From an uncultured delta proteobacterium (lineage in GTDB: Bacteria; Desulfobacterota; Desulfobacteria; Desulfobacterales; JAHEIW01): a stretch of 64,000 nucleotides of DNA. The stretch is taken from NCBI GenBank assembly GCA_963706575.1, contig CAVPNL010000006.1, positions 768,001 through 832,000 on the forward strand. The letters run 5' to 3'. A program made the position numbers and the translations under genes. Of this stretch, positions 1 through 10,442 are shown piece after piece. The stretch's first letter is position 1, and every line of letters begins with the position of its first letter. The notes beneath the pieces are model-generated. The model was not told where the DNA came from, searched no databases, and was given only the letters and a program-made list of their open reading frames with translations.

Positions 1-427
1 GACGGCCCTTGAAAACATTACGCTTCCGATGATTTTCGCCGGGCTGAATAATGATGCTGCCGTCGAAAAAGGACTGCAGCTGCTTGAACTGGTCGGCCTG
101 GGTGACCGCTATAGCCATAAACCCTTTGAGCTTTCGGGCGGGCAGCAGCAGCGGGTGGCGATTGCCAGGGCCCTGGCCAATGACCCCGCCATTATCCTGG
201 CCGACGAACCGACGGGCAACCTCGACCTGACCACCGGTGAGGAAATAATTTCCTTACTCAAACGCTTGAGCGAGGAACGCAATGTCACGGTAATATCGGC
301 AACCCATGATTTTAAAATGCTGAACGTCTCCGATCAGGTGGTCTGGATTCGGGATGGAGCTGTTGACAAAATCGAAGACCGTGAAGAGCTGTCCATCTCG
401 ATCGGCAAAATCGATACGCGAGAATAG
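1..427 (+). CDS. ABC transporter ATP-binding protein, LolD/MacB type (5'-truncated by window edge)
   Basis: ELSGGQQQRVAIARAL signature, ILADEPTGNLD Walker B/D-loop, ATHD H-switch; frame open back to the window start. Confidence 0.9.
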   Translation, partial: TALENITLPMIFAGLNNDAAVEKGLQLLELVGLGDRYSHKPFELSGGQQQRVAIARALANDPAIILADEPTGNLDLTTGEEIISLLKRLSEERNVTVISATHDFKMLNVSDQVVWIRDGAVDKIEDREELSISIGKIDTRE

Positions 428-476
428 TCGATACCCTTATTTTTTTCGGATGATTTGGAACCAAACAGAAATTAAT

Positions 477-555
477 CCACGAAGGACACGAAGTTCACAA
501 AGGTTAAAAAGGAATTCATAAAGTTTTTTCTTCGAGTTTTTCGTGATCTTCGTGG
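477..555. repeat. 9-nt periodic inverted-repeat element
   Basis: CCACGAAGG-ACACGAAGT-TCACAAAGG ... CTTCGAG-TTTCGTG-CTTCGTGG. Confidence 0.7.
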
Positions 556-614
556 TGAACAGTGTTTTCGCAATGCACACAACTTTAATTTATAAGGTAC
601 CTTTTCCATTGATC

Positions 615-3600
615 ATGAAAACACGATCCACTCTTATTCTTCTGCCATCGAAAATCTGCAAGACGTTGAAAATAAACATATGGTTTTTTTTAGTTCTGCT
701 GGGTTGCCTGTTGTGGGTTCCTGCAGCAGCAGAAGCGGTTACCGTAAAAGATCTGCCGGATGCGTTTACCGATGTCATCCACAAGCTCTCATCCTTAGGA
801 GACCGTAGCACCGGCACCGCCGGCAACCAGGAATCCGCTCTTTATATCAAAGAAAAATTTGAAAAACTCGGCTATGAAAACCTGGGATCTTACCGGTTTT
901 CGACACCGGTTATGCGGCATGTAAAAAGTACGCTTACCCTGTCAAAGCGCAATAAACCAATTGAACTGCGCCCGATTAGCGGCAATGCGGTAACACCGCA
1001 AACCGTAGGGCCTCCCGGAATCTCGGCACCATTGATTTATGCCGGCCGGGGCGAGCTGCGGGATTTGAATGGCAAGCAGGTTGCAAATTCAATCCTTTTA
1101 ATGGAGATGGATTCCGGCAAAAATTGGCTGCAGGCCGCCAATCTGGGTGCGCGGGCGGTCATTTATATTGACCGGGGGGAATCGCCCAAACAATTTTTTA
1201 AAGAAAAATTCGAACTTTCACCGCTTCAGTTCCCGCGGTTCTGGATGTCACTGGCCGAAGCCGAAAAAGCTTTTGGCGATTTTGAAAATGCCCCGGATGG
1301 TGTGGTTGACGACGAAACGCAGTTGTTTTCTCAGATCAGATGGCAGGTTGCCAGTTCAGAAAATATCTACTGCTTTGTAGACGGCACGGATCCAGAGCTC
1401 AAAGAAAGACTTATCATGGTGGAGGCCTTTTACGATAGCACCGCCACTGTGGCCGGGCTCTCTCCGGGGGCTGATGAAGCGGTCAGCATCGCCACCCTTC
1501 TGGAGCTGGCCCGCTTTCTCAAGGAAAATCCCCCCCAGCGATCGGTGCTGCTGATTGCCAGCAGCGGTCACGCTCAGACGCTTGCGGGCATGCGGGAAAT
1601 GATCTGGAGTATTTCTGCGCGATCCAAAGATATGCGTAATTTAATAAAGTCATTTAAAGCGCTGGTTAAAGAAAAGCGCAAGACCATCAAGCTGTTAAAA
1701 AACATGCCTTTTGATTCGGCCGGCGCGGGGGATCCGGCAGATGAGGAAACCACCCGCCTGCTCAAAGCAGCCATTGACGAACGCTTGAAGACAGAATCGG
1801 ACCGGGTATCCCGGCGCCTGATGCAGCTTCGTTTGGAAAAAAGGGATAAGGCCAATACCGAAAAAATTCAGAAGCTGGCCGATGAAAGGCTGTTGCTCAA
1901 ACGCCTGATGTTCAGCAGCGATTTTACGGATCTTTCGGCTGAAGACCGCCAGGCGCTTTCACATTTGATTCCCAAGACGATTGAAGATCAAAAGGCCATT
2001 CTGACAGATGCCGCCAGACATTCCAGAGAGATCGGCGATGCCCGCAGTTTCAGGAGCCAGCTGAAGGCCTATGATCTGGATGTTGCCGTATCGCTGCATT
2101 TATCCAGCCATGGTGACGGATTCGGCGCCTTCAATTACGGCTGGATGTTTCCGTTCAGGCCCCGCATCAATCGTACCGCTATTTACAGCACGCTGGATGA
2201 GGTCCTGCGGCAGGGGGCAGACCGGATTGAAAAAGCCCTGGGGCATTCCGGCATGTATAAAGACAGCCTGCGGCCCAGTCGGAAACGGTCCTGGCAAAGC
2301 TATTTTCTCGATCAGCCGCCCCTTGGCGGGGAGTTGACCGCGCTGGCCGGCGTTCACGGGCTGACGTTTGCCACCACCCATGACGCCAGAGCGCGCTGGG
2401 GCACACCCTATGATAAGCCTGAATACGTTGATGCCGCCTTTGCGCTCAAACAAAGCGCGGTGGTCTGCAGGCTGATTGAACATCTGGCACGCACCCCCAG
2501 GCTGCATGACGATTTTTTTCCCCGAATCGGCTATTCGGCTGTCGTCGGAAGGGCCAAATTTCTGCGGCACGGTGAGCTGTTTGCCGATCAGCCGGCACCC
2601 GGAACCGTGCTTCTTTGCTATCAAGGTCCGGCCCGCTTTTACGTCATGGTCGATCACCTGGGCATGTTTTACCTCAGGGGTGTGGCGGACAAAAAACACA
2701 GTTATCATAAGATCATTTTTGAAGGCTATAAATTTGATCCTGAAAGCGGCAAGGTTATCTGGACCATCGATAAAAAGAAGACCGGAAAAGCCGCCTACCG
2801 CACCAAAATGTACCGGCGGTTAATGGAAACCGATATGGTGATGTTTGCCAGTGATGGGACGACCCTGTTCAATCTGCTGGAGCCGCGGACTTTCCGACAT
2901 CTGAGCAAAGCCAAGATTATTGATGGCCGACGGGAATCCGATCCGTTGCGCTGGTTTATGAGCAGGCTTGACACCTGGATTTCAGATTATTCCAACGCAT
3001 CGATTATCACGACCATCTTTTTAGAGCCCGGCACGCCGTTAAAATTAACCCTGTCTGATACAGTGCTGCGAAATAAAGCGGTATTGCTCAATGCCAGCGA
3101 TGAGAAATCCACCGGTACCGGATACATTGTGGGCAAAACACCCTTTTTACACCGCACCGAATATCATGTGGCCAAAGACATGTGGACGTTGCTGGAGCCG
3201 CGGATTTCCAATCTTGAAAAACGCGGGATTTTCAACGAACGCATCCGCAGCCTTCAAAAGGAGGGATTGGCTGCTTTAAGAGACGCACAGCAGGCCTATG
3301 AGAATAAGAAGTACGATCAATTTTCCGAGGCCAGTGTCCGGTCGTGGGCCCTGGCCACCCGCGTTTATGATGATGTGGAGAAAACTCAAAAAGACGTGCT
3401 TTACGGGGTCTTATTCTACGTTGCCCTTTTTGTTCCCTTCGCCTTTTGTATGGAACGTCTTTTGTTCTCCTATGCCAATATCTATAAACGCATCATCGCC
3501 TTCTCCATGATTCTCATTTTGCTGATCGCTTTAATCTATAATGTGCACCCGGCATTTCGCCTGGCATACAGCCCCATGGTGGTTATTCTGGCTTTTTTCA

Positions 3601-5531
3601 TTATGGGGCTTTCCTTTATGGTGACGCTGATTATCTTTTTCCGTTTTGAAGGGGAAATGACGCTGCTTCAAACCAGGGCGAAAATGGTTCAGGCCGAAGA
3701 ACTCGGGCGCTGGAAAGCATTTGCCGCGGCCTTCATGCTGGGGGTCAGCAATTTAAGACGCCGGCGCCTGCGGACCGCTTTGACCTGTGCCACATTGATC
3801 ATTTTAACGTTCACCATCATGAGCTTTACGGCGGTCAAGTCCATGCGGCACCATGCCAGGCTGCTGTACGAACCGACGGCGCCTTATAACGGATTTCTTT
3901 TAAAAAATGTCAACTGGCACGATTTGCCGCCCCAGGCGCTGGGATTTATCACCAACAATTTCGCTCAAAAAGGAATCAGTGTCCCGCGCGTCTGGATGGA
4001 GGATGAGGACAGAACCCGCACAACGCGCATTCCGGTTTATCATAACGGCCGATCATTTGAAGCCCAGGGCCTGGTCGGTCTTTCGCATCTGGAACCCCGT
4101 GTTTCGAGACTTGATGAGATCCTGATCGGCGGACGCTGGCTGGCGGAAAATGAGCTGAATACGATTTTGTTGCCCGAGCGCATGGCGAAGAATTTGGGGA
4201 TCAACCCCCAGAAGCCTCAAGGAGCGATCGTGTCCATGTGGGGTATGCCTTTTGAGGTGGTGGGAGTTTTTTCGGGCGAAAAATTGCAGCAGCGGCACGA
4301 CCTGGACGGAGAGCCGCTAACGCCGGCGACCTTTCCGCGTGAGGTTTCCACCGAAATGTCGGAAGAAGAGGTCGATGCCATGGACTCCGGTGATGATGTG
4401 CGCGAATTTCAGAGCCGCTATGAGCATATCCCCGGTGATTTGACCATGATCATTCCCTATCGCAGCCTGCTGGCGGCCGGCGGTCATCTGAAAGCTGTGG
4501 CCATCGTACCGCAGACCAAAATATCCATTCAGCAAGAAGCCCAGCACCTGGTGGACCGCTTTGGGCTGTCGCTGTTCAGCGGAGAGCCGGACGGGACCTA
4601 TCTTTATCATGCCAGCGATACCATGAGTTACAGCGGAGTGCCCAACATTATTATTCCCATTATCATTTCGGTGTTTATTGTTTTAAACACGATGATCGGC
4701 AGTGTTTATGAACGCAAGCGTGAAATCGCGATATACACCTCGGTGGGGCTGGCACCATCGCATGTGTCTTTTTTATTTATCGCCGAGGCCATGGCCCTGG
4801 CAGTCATCAGTGTGGTCCTGGGGTATCTGCTGGCCCAGACATCGGCCAAACTGTTTGCCGAAACAGCTCTCTGGTCGGGAATCACCGTTAATTATTCTTC
4901 CTGGTCCGGGGTAGCGGCCATGGTCCTGGTGATCATTGTCGTGCTGGTCTCCGTTCTCTACCCGTCAAAAGTGGCCGGTGAAATCGCCATCCCCGATGTC
5001 AATCGGGCATGGACGCTTCCCAAGGCAGACGGAAATGTCCTGGAGGTTGCTCTACCATTTTACATGAGCTATACGGAACATCGCAGCATCGGCGGGTTTT
5101 TGCTGGAATATTTCCAGGGCCACCAGGATGTATCGCACGGATTGTTTTCAACCGGTGATATCGATTTTGGCTTCAGCTGCCAGACGGCTCCCGGTCTTTC
5201 CGATGACGCTGACGACTGCCCGCAGGAAGCCTGTGAATATGATGCCTGCCTTCAGGTGCAGTCCAGCGTTTGGCTGGCACCCTTTGATTTTGGAATCAAT
5301 CAGAAAGTGGATCTGCAGTTTTGTCCGGCCGCAGATGAGCCCGGGTTTCTCGAGATCAAGATTCGTCTGATTCGTGAATCGGGCGAAGCCAATGCCTGGC
5401 GGCGGATCAACAAAGGATTTTTACACAGCATTCGCAAGCAGTTGTTGCTGTGGCGCTCTTTTGATTTTCCCACCAAGCAGCACTATGAACAGTTGTTGGC
5501 AGAAGCCGAAAAGAAAAAGGGAATCGGATGA
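615..5531 (+). CDS. Large fusion: signal/TM, PA domain, M28-peptidase-like domain and C-terminal FtsX/MacB-type ABC permease
   Basis: R.tGtaGn..sa.yi, ENIY..VDG, AFYDS..., SPGADEAVSIATLLELAR (M28 fold); SNLRRRRLRTALT and NTMIGSVYERKREIAIYTSVGLAP (FtsX). Start placed at ATG 615 because the longer ORF begins inside a repeat. Confidence 0.8.
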   Translation: MKTRSTLILLPSKICKTLKINIWFFLVLLGCLLWVPAAAEAVTVKDLPDAFTDVIHKLSSLGDRSTGTAGNQESALYIKEKFEKLGYENLGSYRFSTPVMRHVKSTLTLSKRNKPIELRPISGNAVTPQTVGPPGISAPLIYAGRGELRDLNGKQVANSILLMEMDSGKNWLQAANLGARAVIYIDRGESPKQFFKEKFELSPLQFPRFWMSLAEAEKAFGDFENAPDGVVDDETQLFSQIRWQVASSENIYCFVDGTDPELKERLIMVEAFYDSTATVAGLSPGADEAVSIATLLELARFLKENPPQRSVLLIASSGHAQTLAGMREMIWSISARSKDMRNLIKSFKALVKEKRKTIKLLKNMPFDSAGAGDPADEETTRLLKAAIDERLKTESDRVSRRLMQLRLEKRDKANTEKIQKLADERLLLKRLMFSSDFTDLSAEDRQALSHLIPKTIEDQKAILTDAARHSREIGDARSFRSQLKAYDLDVAVSLHLSSHGDGFGAFNYGWMFPFRPRINRTAIYSTLDEVLRQGADRIEKALGHSGMYKDSLRPSRKRSWQSYFLDQPPLGGELTALAGVHGLTFATTHDARARWGTPYDKPEYVDAAFALKQSAVVCRLIEHLARTPRLHDDFFPRIGYSAVVGRAKFLRHGELFADQPAPGTVLLCYQGPARFYVMVDHLGMFYLRGVADKKHSYHKIIFEGYKFDPESGKVIWTIDKKKTGKAAYRTKMYRRLMETDMVMFASDGTTLFNLLEPRTFRHLSKAKIIDGRRESDPLRWFMSRLDTWISDYSNASIITTIFLEPGTPLKLTLSDTVLRNKAVLLNASDEKSTGTGYIVGKTPFLHRTEYHVAKDMWTLLEPRISNLEKRGIFNERIRSLQKEGLAALRDAQQAYENKKYDQFSEASVRSWALATRVYDDVEKTQKDVLYGVLFYVALFVPFAFCMERLLFSYANIYKRIIAFSMILILLIALIYNVHPAFRLAYSPMVVILAFFIMGLSFMVTLIIFFRFEGEMTLLQTRAKMVQAEELGRWKAFAAAFMLGVSNLRRRRLRTALTCATLIILTFTIMSFTAVKSMRHHARLLYEPTAPYNGFLLKNVNWHDLPPQALGFITNNFAQKGISVPRVWMEDEDRTRTTRIPVYHNGRSFEAQGLVGLSHLEPRVSRLDEILIGGRWLAENELNTILLPERMAKNLGINPQKPQGAIVSMWGMPFEVVGVFSGEKLQQRHDLDGEPLTPATFPREVSTEMSEEEVDAMDSGDDVREFQSRYEHIPGDLTMIIPYRSLLAAGGHLKAVAIVPQTKISIQQEAQHLVDRFGLSLFSGEPDGTYLYHASDTMSYSGVPNIIIPIIISVFIVLNTMIGSVYERKREIAIYTSVGLAPSHVSFLFIAEAMALAVISVVLGYLLAQTSAKLFAETALWSGITVNYSSWSGVAAMVLVIIVVLVSVLYPSKVAGEIAIPDVNRAWTLPKADGNVLEVALPFYMSYTEHRSIGGFLLEYFQGHQDVSHGLFSTGDIDFGFSCQTAPGLSDDADDCPQEACEYDACLQVQSSVWLAPFDFGINQKVDLQFCPAADEPGFLEIKIRLIRESGEANAWRRINKGFLHSIRKQLLLWRSFDFPTKQHYEQLLAEAEKKKGIG

Positions 5532-7567
5532 CAGAGAATCAGCAACCGGCGACAAATGAAGAATCGCTGACAACCTACGGGGAAAAAAAATCCGGTCAAA
5601 AGATCCGGTTGCGGGCCATTGTGCTGGGATCGCTTTTTGCGCTGGCGATCTGTCTGATCACACCGTTTAACAATGCATACCGCCAGGCAACGCCGCTGGG
5701 CGGCGGCCATTTCCCGCTGGCGCCTTTTTATGTTCTGGTGTGGTTGATGATCTTAACGGCTTTTGCCCGCATGCTATTTAAAGGCCGCAAGCTCATTACC
5801 GGAAAAGAACTCCTGGTGTCCTGGGCATTGATGGTGCTGTTATCCGGAGTTGCCTGGACCGGATTGGCGCGCACCTTTTTTATCAATTTGACCGCACCGT
5901 TTCATTTTGCCACGGTTGAAAACCGCTGGTCGGAGGTGCTGCATCCCCTTCTTCCCAGCAGCTGGTATCCCCAGAGTAAAGACGCCATTGTCAGCGTATA
6001 CAACGGCCTTACCGATGGCCGGCAACTGGGGTGGTTCGACATTCTCACCCAGATTCAATGGGATGCCTGGCTCCCCCCGCTGCTGACCTGGACGATTTTT
6101 ATTCTGCTCTGCTATTTTGTCATGGTCTGTATCGTTAATCTTTTAAGCAAGCAGCCCTTGTACAATGAACGCATGAACTTTCCCCTGTTGCGGGTACCCT
6201 TCGTTATGCAAGAGGCGCTGGATGAGACAGGGCTGGGCCGGTTTTTTGCCAACCGCTTTCTCATCGCGGGGCTGGCGGTTCCAATTTGCCTGCACCTGCT
6301 CAACGGGCTGGGCTTTTATAATCCATCCATACCCCAGATTCCCACGCTGATTCTGGCGGGTAAGTATTTCCCGAAAGTCGGCCTTCTTTCCGGATTTTTT
6401 AAACTAAAAATCTACCTTTACCCGGCCTTTATCGGGTTTGCATTTTTGACATCCAAACAGATTTCCTTTTCTTTCTGGTTCTTTTTTATATTGGGGACTT
6501 TACTGTTCGGATTGCTCAGCGTGCTGGGTTTAAATATTCCGGCAGCCGCACTGGGCGTCACCTTCGGTCCGACAATTTCGCGTCCTGAAGAGACCCAGAT
6601 GATCGGCGCCTACATTGTTTTTTTTCTGTTTCTTGCCTGGTTGGCCCGATTTCATTTCATTAATATTGCCCGTTTAGGATTCGGTTTTAAAAAGGAAGAC
6701 AATTTGGAGTCCGAATGGCTGTCCACGCGCTTTGCATTCTGGGGGTTTATTGCCGGAAGCCTGGCCATTGTCATCTGGTGTCATTCTTTCGGTATTCCGT
6801 TGTTATTTTCAATTCTGGTGGTTTTTGCCTTTTTTATGTTTACCCTGGTCGCCATGCGCGTTATCTGCCAGGGGGGAATTGCTTATTTTACCCTGACCGC
6901 CGCTCCCATGGACGGGCTGATGGCCTTTTTCGGCGCCAAACCTTTCACCAGTCTCGGAATCCTGGTAGCCGCCGTCATTCAAAAGGTACTGTTTGTCGAT
7001 TTGCGGGAATCGCTGATGCCGTCATTGTTGCATGCTCGTAAAATAACGGACGAGGCACGCAACAATCGCTTCATATTTTTTGCTATTGCGCTCACCTTAA
7101 TTGCCGGTGTCGTGATTTCATTTCTGGCCATGCTGGCGCTTTGTTACAAATTCGGTATGCGTGAATTGCAGCTGGACTGGGCCACCCGGACGACCATCAC
7201 CGTTTACGATAATGTTTACAGCCTGGTTGAATCACCGCTAAAGCCCGGAGACTGGGTGCTGATCTTTTCCATTACCGGCGCCGTCGTCATGCTGGTGTTA
7301 GTTATTTGTTATCATCGGTTTTACTGGTGGCCGATTCATCCGATTGGCTACCTGACGGCTTACAGCTCCGCCATGCGGATCCTGTGGTTCAGTTTTTTCG
7401 TCGGATGGGCCTGCAACGCCCTGGCTATGCGTTACGGGGGTGTGAGACTGTTTAAAAAACTGCGTTACTTTTTTATCGGGCTGATTATCGGTGATTTTTT
7501 CATGGCCGGCACCTGGGCCATTATCGGAATCTTTAGCCATTCCAGCTATCTGGTGTTGCCCAATTAA
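5528..7567 (+). CDS. Multi-pass membrane protein, DUF6785/DUF6784-like (OPT superfamily-related)
   Basis: 679 aa with many TM segments; ERMNFPL and FYWWPIHPIGY...RYGG motifs; ATGA overlap with the upstream stop. Confidence 0.7.
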   Translation: MTENQQPATNEESLTTYGEKKSGQKIRLRAIVLGSLFALAICLITPFNNAYRQATPLGGGHFPLAPFYVLVWLMILTAFARMLFKGRKLITGKELLVSWALMVLLSGVAWTGLARTFFINLTAPFHFATVENRWSEVLHPLLPSSWYPQSKDAIVSVYNGLTDGRQLGWFDILTQIQWDAWLPPLLTWTIFILLCYFVMVCIVNLLSKQPLYNERMNFPLLRVPFVMQEALDETGLGRFFANRFLIAGLAVPICLHLLNGLGFYNPSIPQIPTLILAGKYFPKVGLLSGFFKLKIYLYPAFIGFAFLTSKQISFSFWFFFILGTLLFGLLSVLGLNIPAAALGVTFGPTISRPEETQMIGAYIVFFLFLAWLARFHFINIARLGFGFKKEDNLESEWLSTRFAFWGFIAGSLAIVIWCHSFGIPLLFSILVVFAFFMFTLVAMRVICQGGIAYFTLTAAPMDGLMAFFGAKPFTSLGILVAAVIQKVLFVDLRESLMPSLLHARKITDEARNNRFIFFAIALTLIAGVVISFLAMLALCYKFGMRELQLDWATRTTITVYDNVYSLVESPLKPGDWVLIFSITGAVVMLVLVICYHRFYWWPIHPIGYLTAYSSAMRILWFSFFVGWACNALAMRYGGVRLFKKLRYFFIGLIIGDFFMAGTWAIIGIFSHSSYLVLPN

Positions 7568-7709
7568 TGGCATGCGCGTACATGGCGCATTTGGCATTGG
7601 TTATTGGTAGGCATCTAGATTTGACATGATAAGAATTTTTTTGAACATGACCGGAATCACACCTGTATACACCAATTAATCGGTACAGTAACTAGGCGAT
7701 TGGATTATC

Positions 7710-9669
7710 ATGTACGAAGACAAGGAACTGCAAGAGTATCGGGACCTGTTGGAGACCCCGAATCATTTTGAGGAAGGCTTTGACTGGAAAACCGTTGTCG
7801 GTGCAATATTTATCGGGTTTCTCATGATGCCCGGCAGCATGTATCTGCAGCTGGTTATCGGCACCGGTATCGGGCCGGCGGCCCGCTGGGTAACGATCAT
7901 CCTGTTTGCCGAACTGGCCAAGCGGTCATACAGCGAATTAAGGCAGCAGGAAATATTTCTGCTTTACTATATGGCCGGAGCGGCCTTGTCGACACCCTTT
8001 CAGGGTTTATTATGGAACCAGTACCTGGTCCAGTCAGATGCCGCGCGCATGCTGGGTGTCACCGAGTTCATCCCCGCCTGGGTGGCACCGTCACCGGAGT
8101 CCGACTCGCTGGTGGAGCGTACCTTTTTCCACCGGGACTGGCTGATCCCTATTCTGTTGCTGGTCGGCACCCAGATCATTCAGCGTATCGATCAGTTCGG
8201 TTTGGGATATGCGCTTTTCCGGATTACCTCGGATGTCGAAAAGCTGCCTTTTCCCATGGCACCGGTGGCGGCCTTAGGAACCATGGCCCTGGCTGAATCA
8301 ACCGAGGACAAGAAAAAAAGCTGGAAATGGCGGGTCTTTTCCATCGGCGGTGTCATCGGGCTGGCCTTTGGCGCGATTTACGTATTGTTGCCCACCGTGT
8401 CGGGCCTCATCCTTATGGAGCCGATCCGTTTGATTCCGATTCCCTGGGTCGAGCTGACCGGCCATACCGAAGGGGTGCTGCCGGCCGTTGCTACCGGGAT
8501 TCAACTGGACCTGGGCCTGGTTTTTATCGGTATGGTGCTGCCCTTCTGGGCCGTCATCGGCGGGCTGGTGGGAATTACTCATTACGGTGATTGCCAATCC
8601 GATTCTTTATCATAACGGTATCCTGACCCGCTGGCACCCGGGCATGGAAACCGTCGATACCATGTTTGCCAATAATTTCGATTTTTACATGAGTTTCAGC
8701 ATCGGTTTGGGTCTGGCCATTGCTTTTGTGGGCATCTGGCATGTGGTGCGCTCCTTTGGAAAGAGCGAGGGGAATAGAGGCAGCTTGCGGGATCTATTTC
8801 GCCCACCACCCGGCCGGGGGGATTTCAATTTCTGGATTTCCATCGGCATATATGTTTTTTCCACAATTTCTTATGTGTTGCTTTGCCTGTGGCTGGTTCC
8901 CAATTTTCCCTGGCCCTTTTTTATTGCTTACGGCTTTATTTACACACCGATCGTTTCTTATATTACGGCCCGGATGGAAGGTATTGCCGGGCAGTTTGTC
9001 AGCTTGCCGCTGGTCCGAGAGATTAGCTTTATTGCCGGTGCCAAATATTTCGGCTATCAGGGCATCGAGATCTGGTATGCGCCGATTCCGATTCACAATT
9101 ATGGTGAGGCCACCGTTAATTTTCGGCAAATTGAGCTTACCGGCACCAGCATCCGCGGGATTATCAAGTCGGAAATCGTGGTATTTCCGATTGTCATGGT
9201 CGCCAGCCTGCTTTTTTCACAATTTATCTGGCGCCTGGCCCCCATACCCTCCAGCGCCTACCCCTTTGCCCAGGAAATCTGGCATCTGCAGGCGTTAAAT
9301 ACCCTGTTGATGCAAAGCTCGACCCTGGAAGGCAATGCTGCTTTCTATCAGGCGCTGAATTTTGTCTATGTGATTGCCGGTGTTGGATTGGGCGTGGTTA
9401 CCTATGCGATATTGACCACGTTTGGTTTGCCGATTATGCTGGTGTATGGTATGGTGCGCGGTTTGGGCCAGACCCTGCCGCACGCCATTATTCCGGAGGT
9501 GGTCGGGGCTCTGTTGGGCCGCTTCTTTTTTTTAAAACGTTACGGCGCGATGTGGCGCCAGTATGCGCCGGTACTGCTGGCCGGATTTTCCTGCGGTATG
9601 GGGCTGACCGGAATGTTTGCCATGGGCGTTACACTGATATTGAAGTCCTTGGGTCGACTGGCTTACTAG
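7710..9669 (+). CDS. OPT-like peptide transporter membrane protein, split by a +1 frameshift near 8573
   Basis: ORFs 7710-8615 and 8488-9669 join at GGGAATTACTC (..GLVGLLITVIANP..); contains EKLPFP; hydrophobic throughout. Confidence 0.7.
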
Positions 9670-9920
9670 GGTCGTGTCCCGCAAAAATGTTATAAAAATC
9701 GTTTGGTAAATTTTAATTCAGTTAAATTTTTTAAACAACACAATGTCTTTGGTTTCAGGTGTCAGAAAAAGATGACAGAATGCGAATTCCGATAATTTTT
9801 AACGTCATCAGGCTCCTTACCCTGACACCTGAAACCCGACACCTGAAACCTGTATTGTTGAAAGAGAAGATTGATAAGCTCAATCCGTATTTTATAAATT
9901 ACTTGTTGGACACAACACTA
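9667..9920. mobile_element. MITE-like element with imperfect TIRs and internal heptamer repeats
   Basis: TAGGGTCGTGTCC...TTATAAAA at the left, TTTTATAAA...GGACACAACACTA at the right; internal GGTTTCAGGTGTCAG / CTGACACCTGAAACC. Confidence 0.55.
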
Positions 9921-10213
9921 GAACCCATCTCAAAAATGTCTTTTGGCCCAATCCGCCAGAGGCGGATAAATCTCTTTGTTGGTGACTCGTTTCAAATCCT
10001 CGACATACATAAGTATGCCTGCGGTTTTCGACCCACAAGGATTATAAGATCAGGCGGGAAGCCCCGCTCAGCGGGCGACGCCCCTTAAAATAATAAAATC
10101 GATGCGGGATCCAGCTGAGCTGGAAAAACTCGGCCCCGCCGCGCGTGTCCCGGCGAAGCCTTTAGGCGAAGACAGAATCTTGAACCAAAAGCCTATTTTT
10201 GAGATGGGTTTTA
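9919..10213. mobile_element. MITE-like element
   Basis: Perfect 16-bp TIR AACCCATCTCAAAAAT (9922-9937) / ATTTTTGAGATGGGTT (10195-10210), TA at both ends, no transposase. Confidence 0.7.
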
Positions 10214-10233
10214 ATGCCCATCGTCTTCAGCCT

Positions 10234-10344
10234 TATAATGGTTGTTAAAAAAACGTTGCAGTATTCAAATATTTTTTCTACAACCGTCCATGCCTTTATG
10301 CCGCAATTTCGTATCTGGGAACATTATGATGGAAAGCGGTATAG
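10234..10344 (+). repeat. Left arm of ~110-bp imperfect inverted repeat flanking the radical SAM gene
   Basis: Reverse complement aligns to 12119-12230 (e.g. GGAACATTATGATG.AAAGCGGTATAG, TACAACCGT, TTGTTAAAAAAA). Confidence 0.85.
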
Positions 10345-10442
10345 ACCAAAAGAAACCTTGATTCTCTTGGATAAACACTTAATTTAATATTTTGAAAGCA
10401 TATTCGGCTTTTGCCGACCTTTTTTTTATTTAGGACCCAAAA

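Noticed and set aside
9759..10387. Short ORFs 9759-10088 and 10199-10387 (and 11914-12222) as RiPP precursors
   Set aside because: They are translations of MITE and inverted-repeat DNA; their mutual similarity comes from the DNA repeat, and no RBS or leader/core pattern is evident
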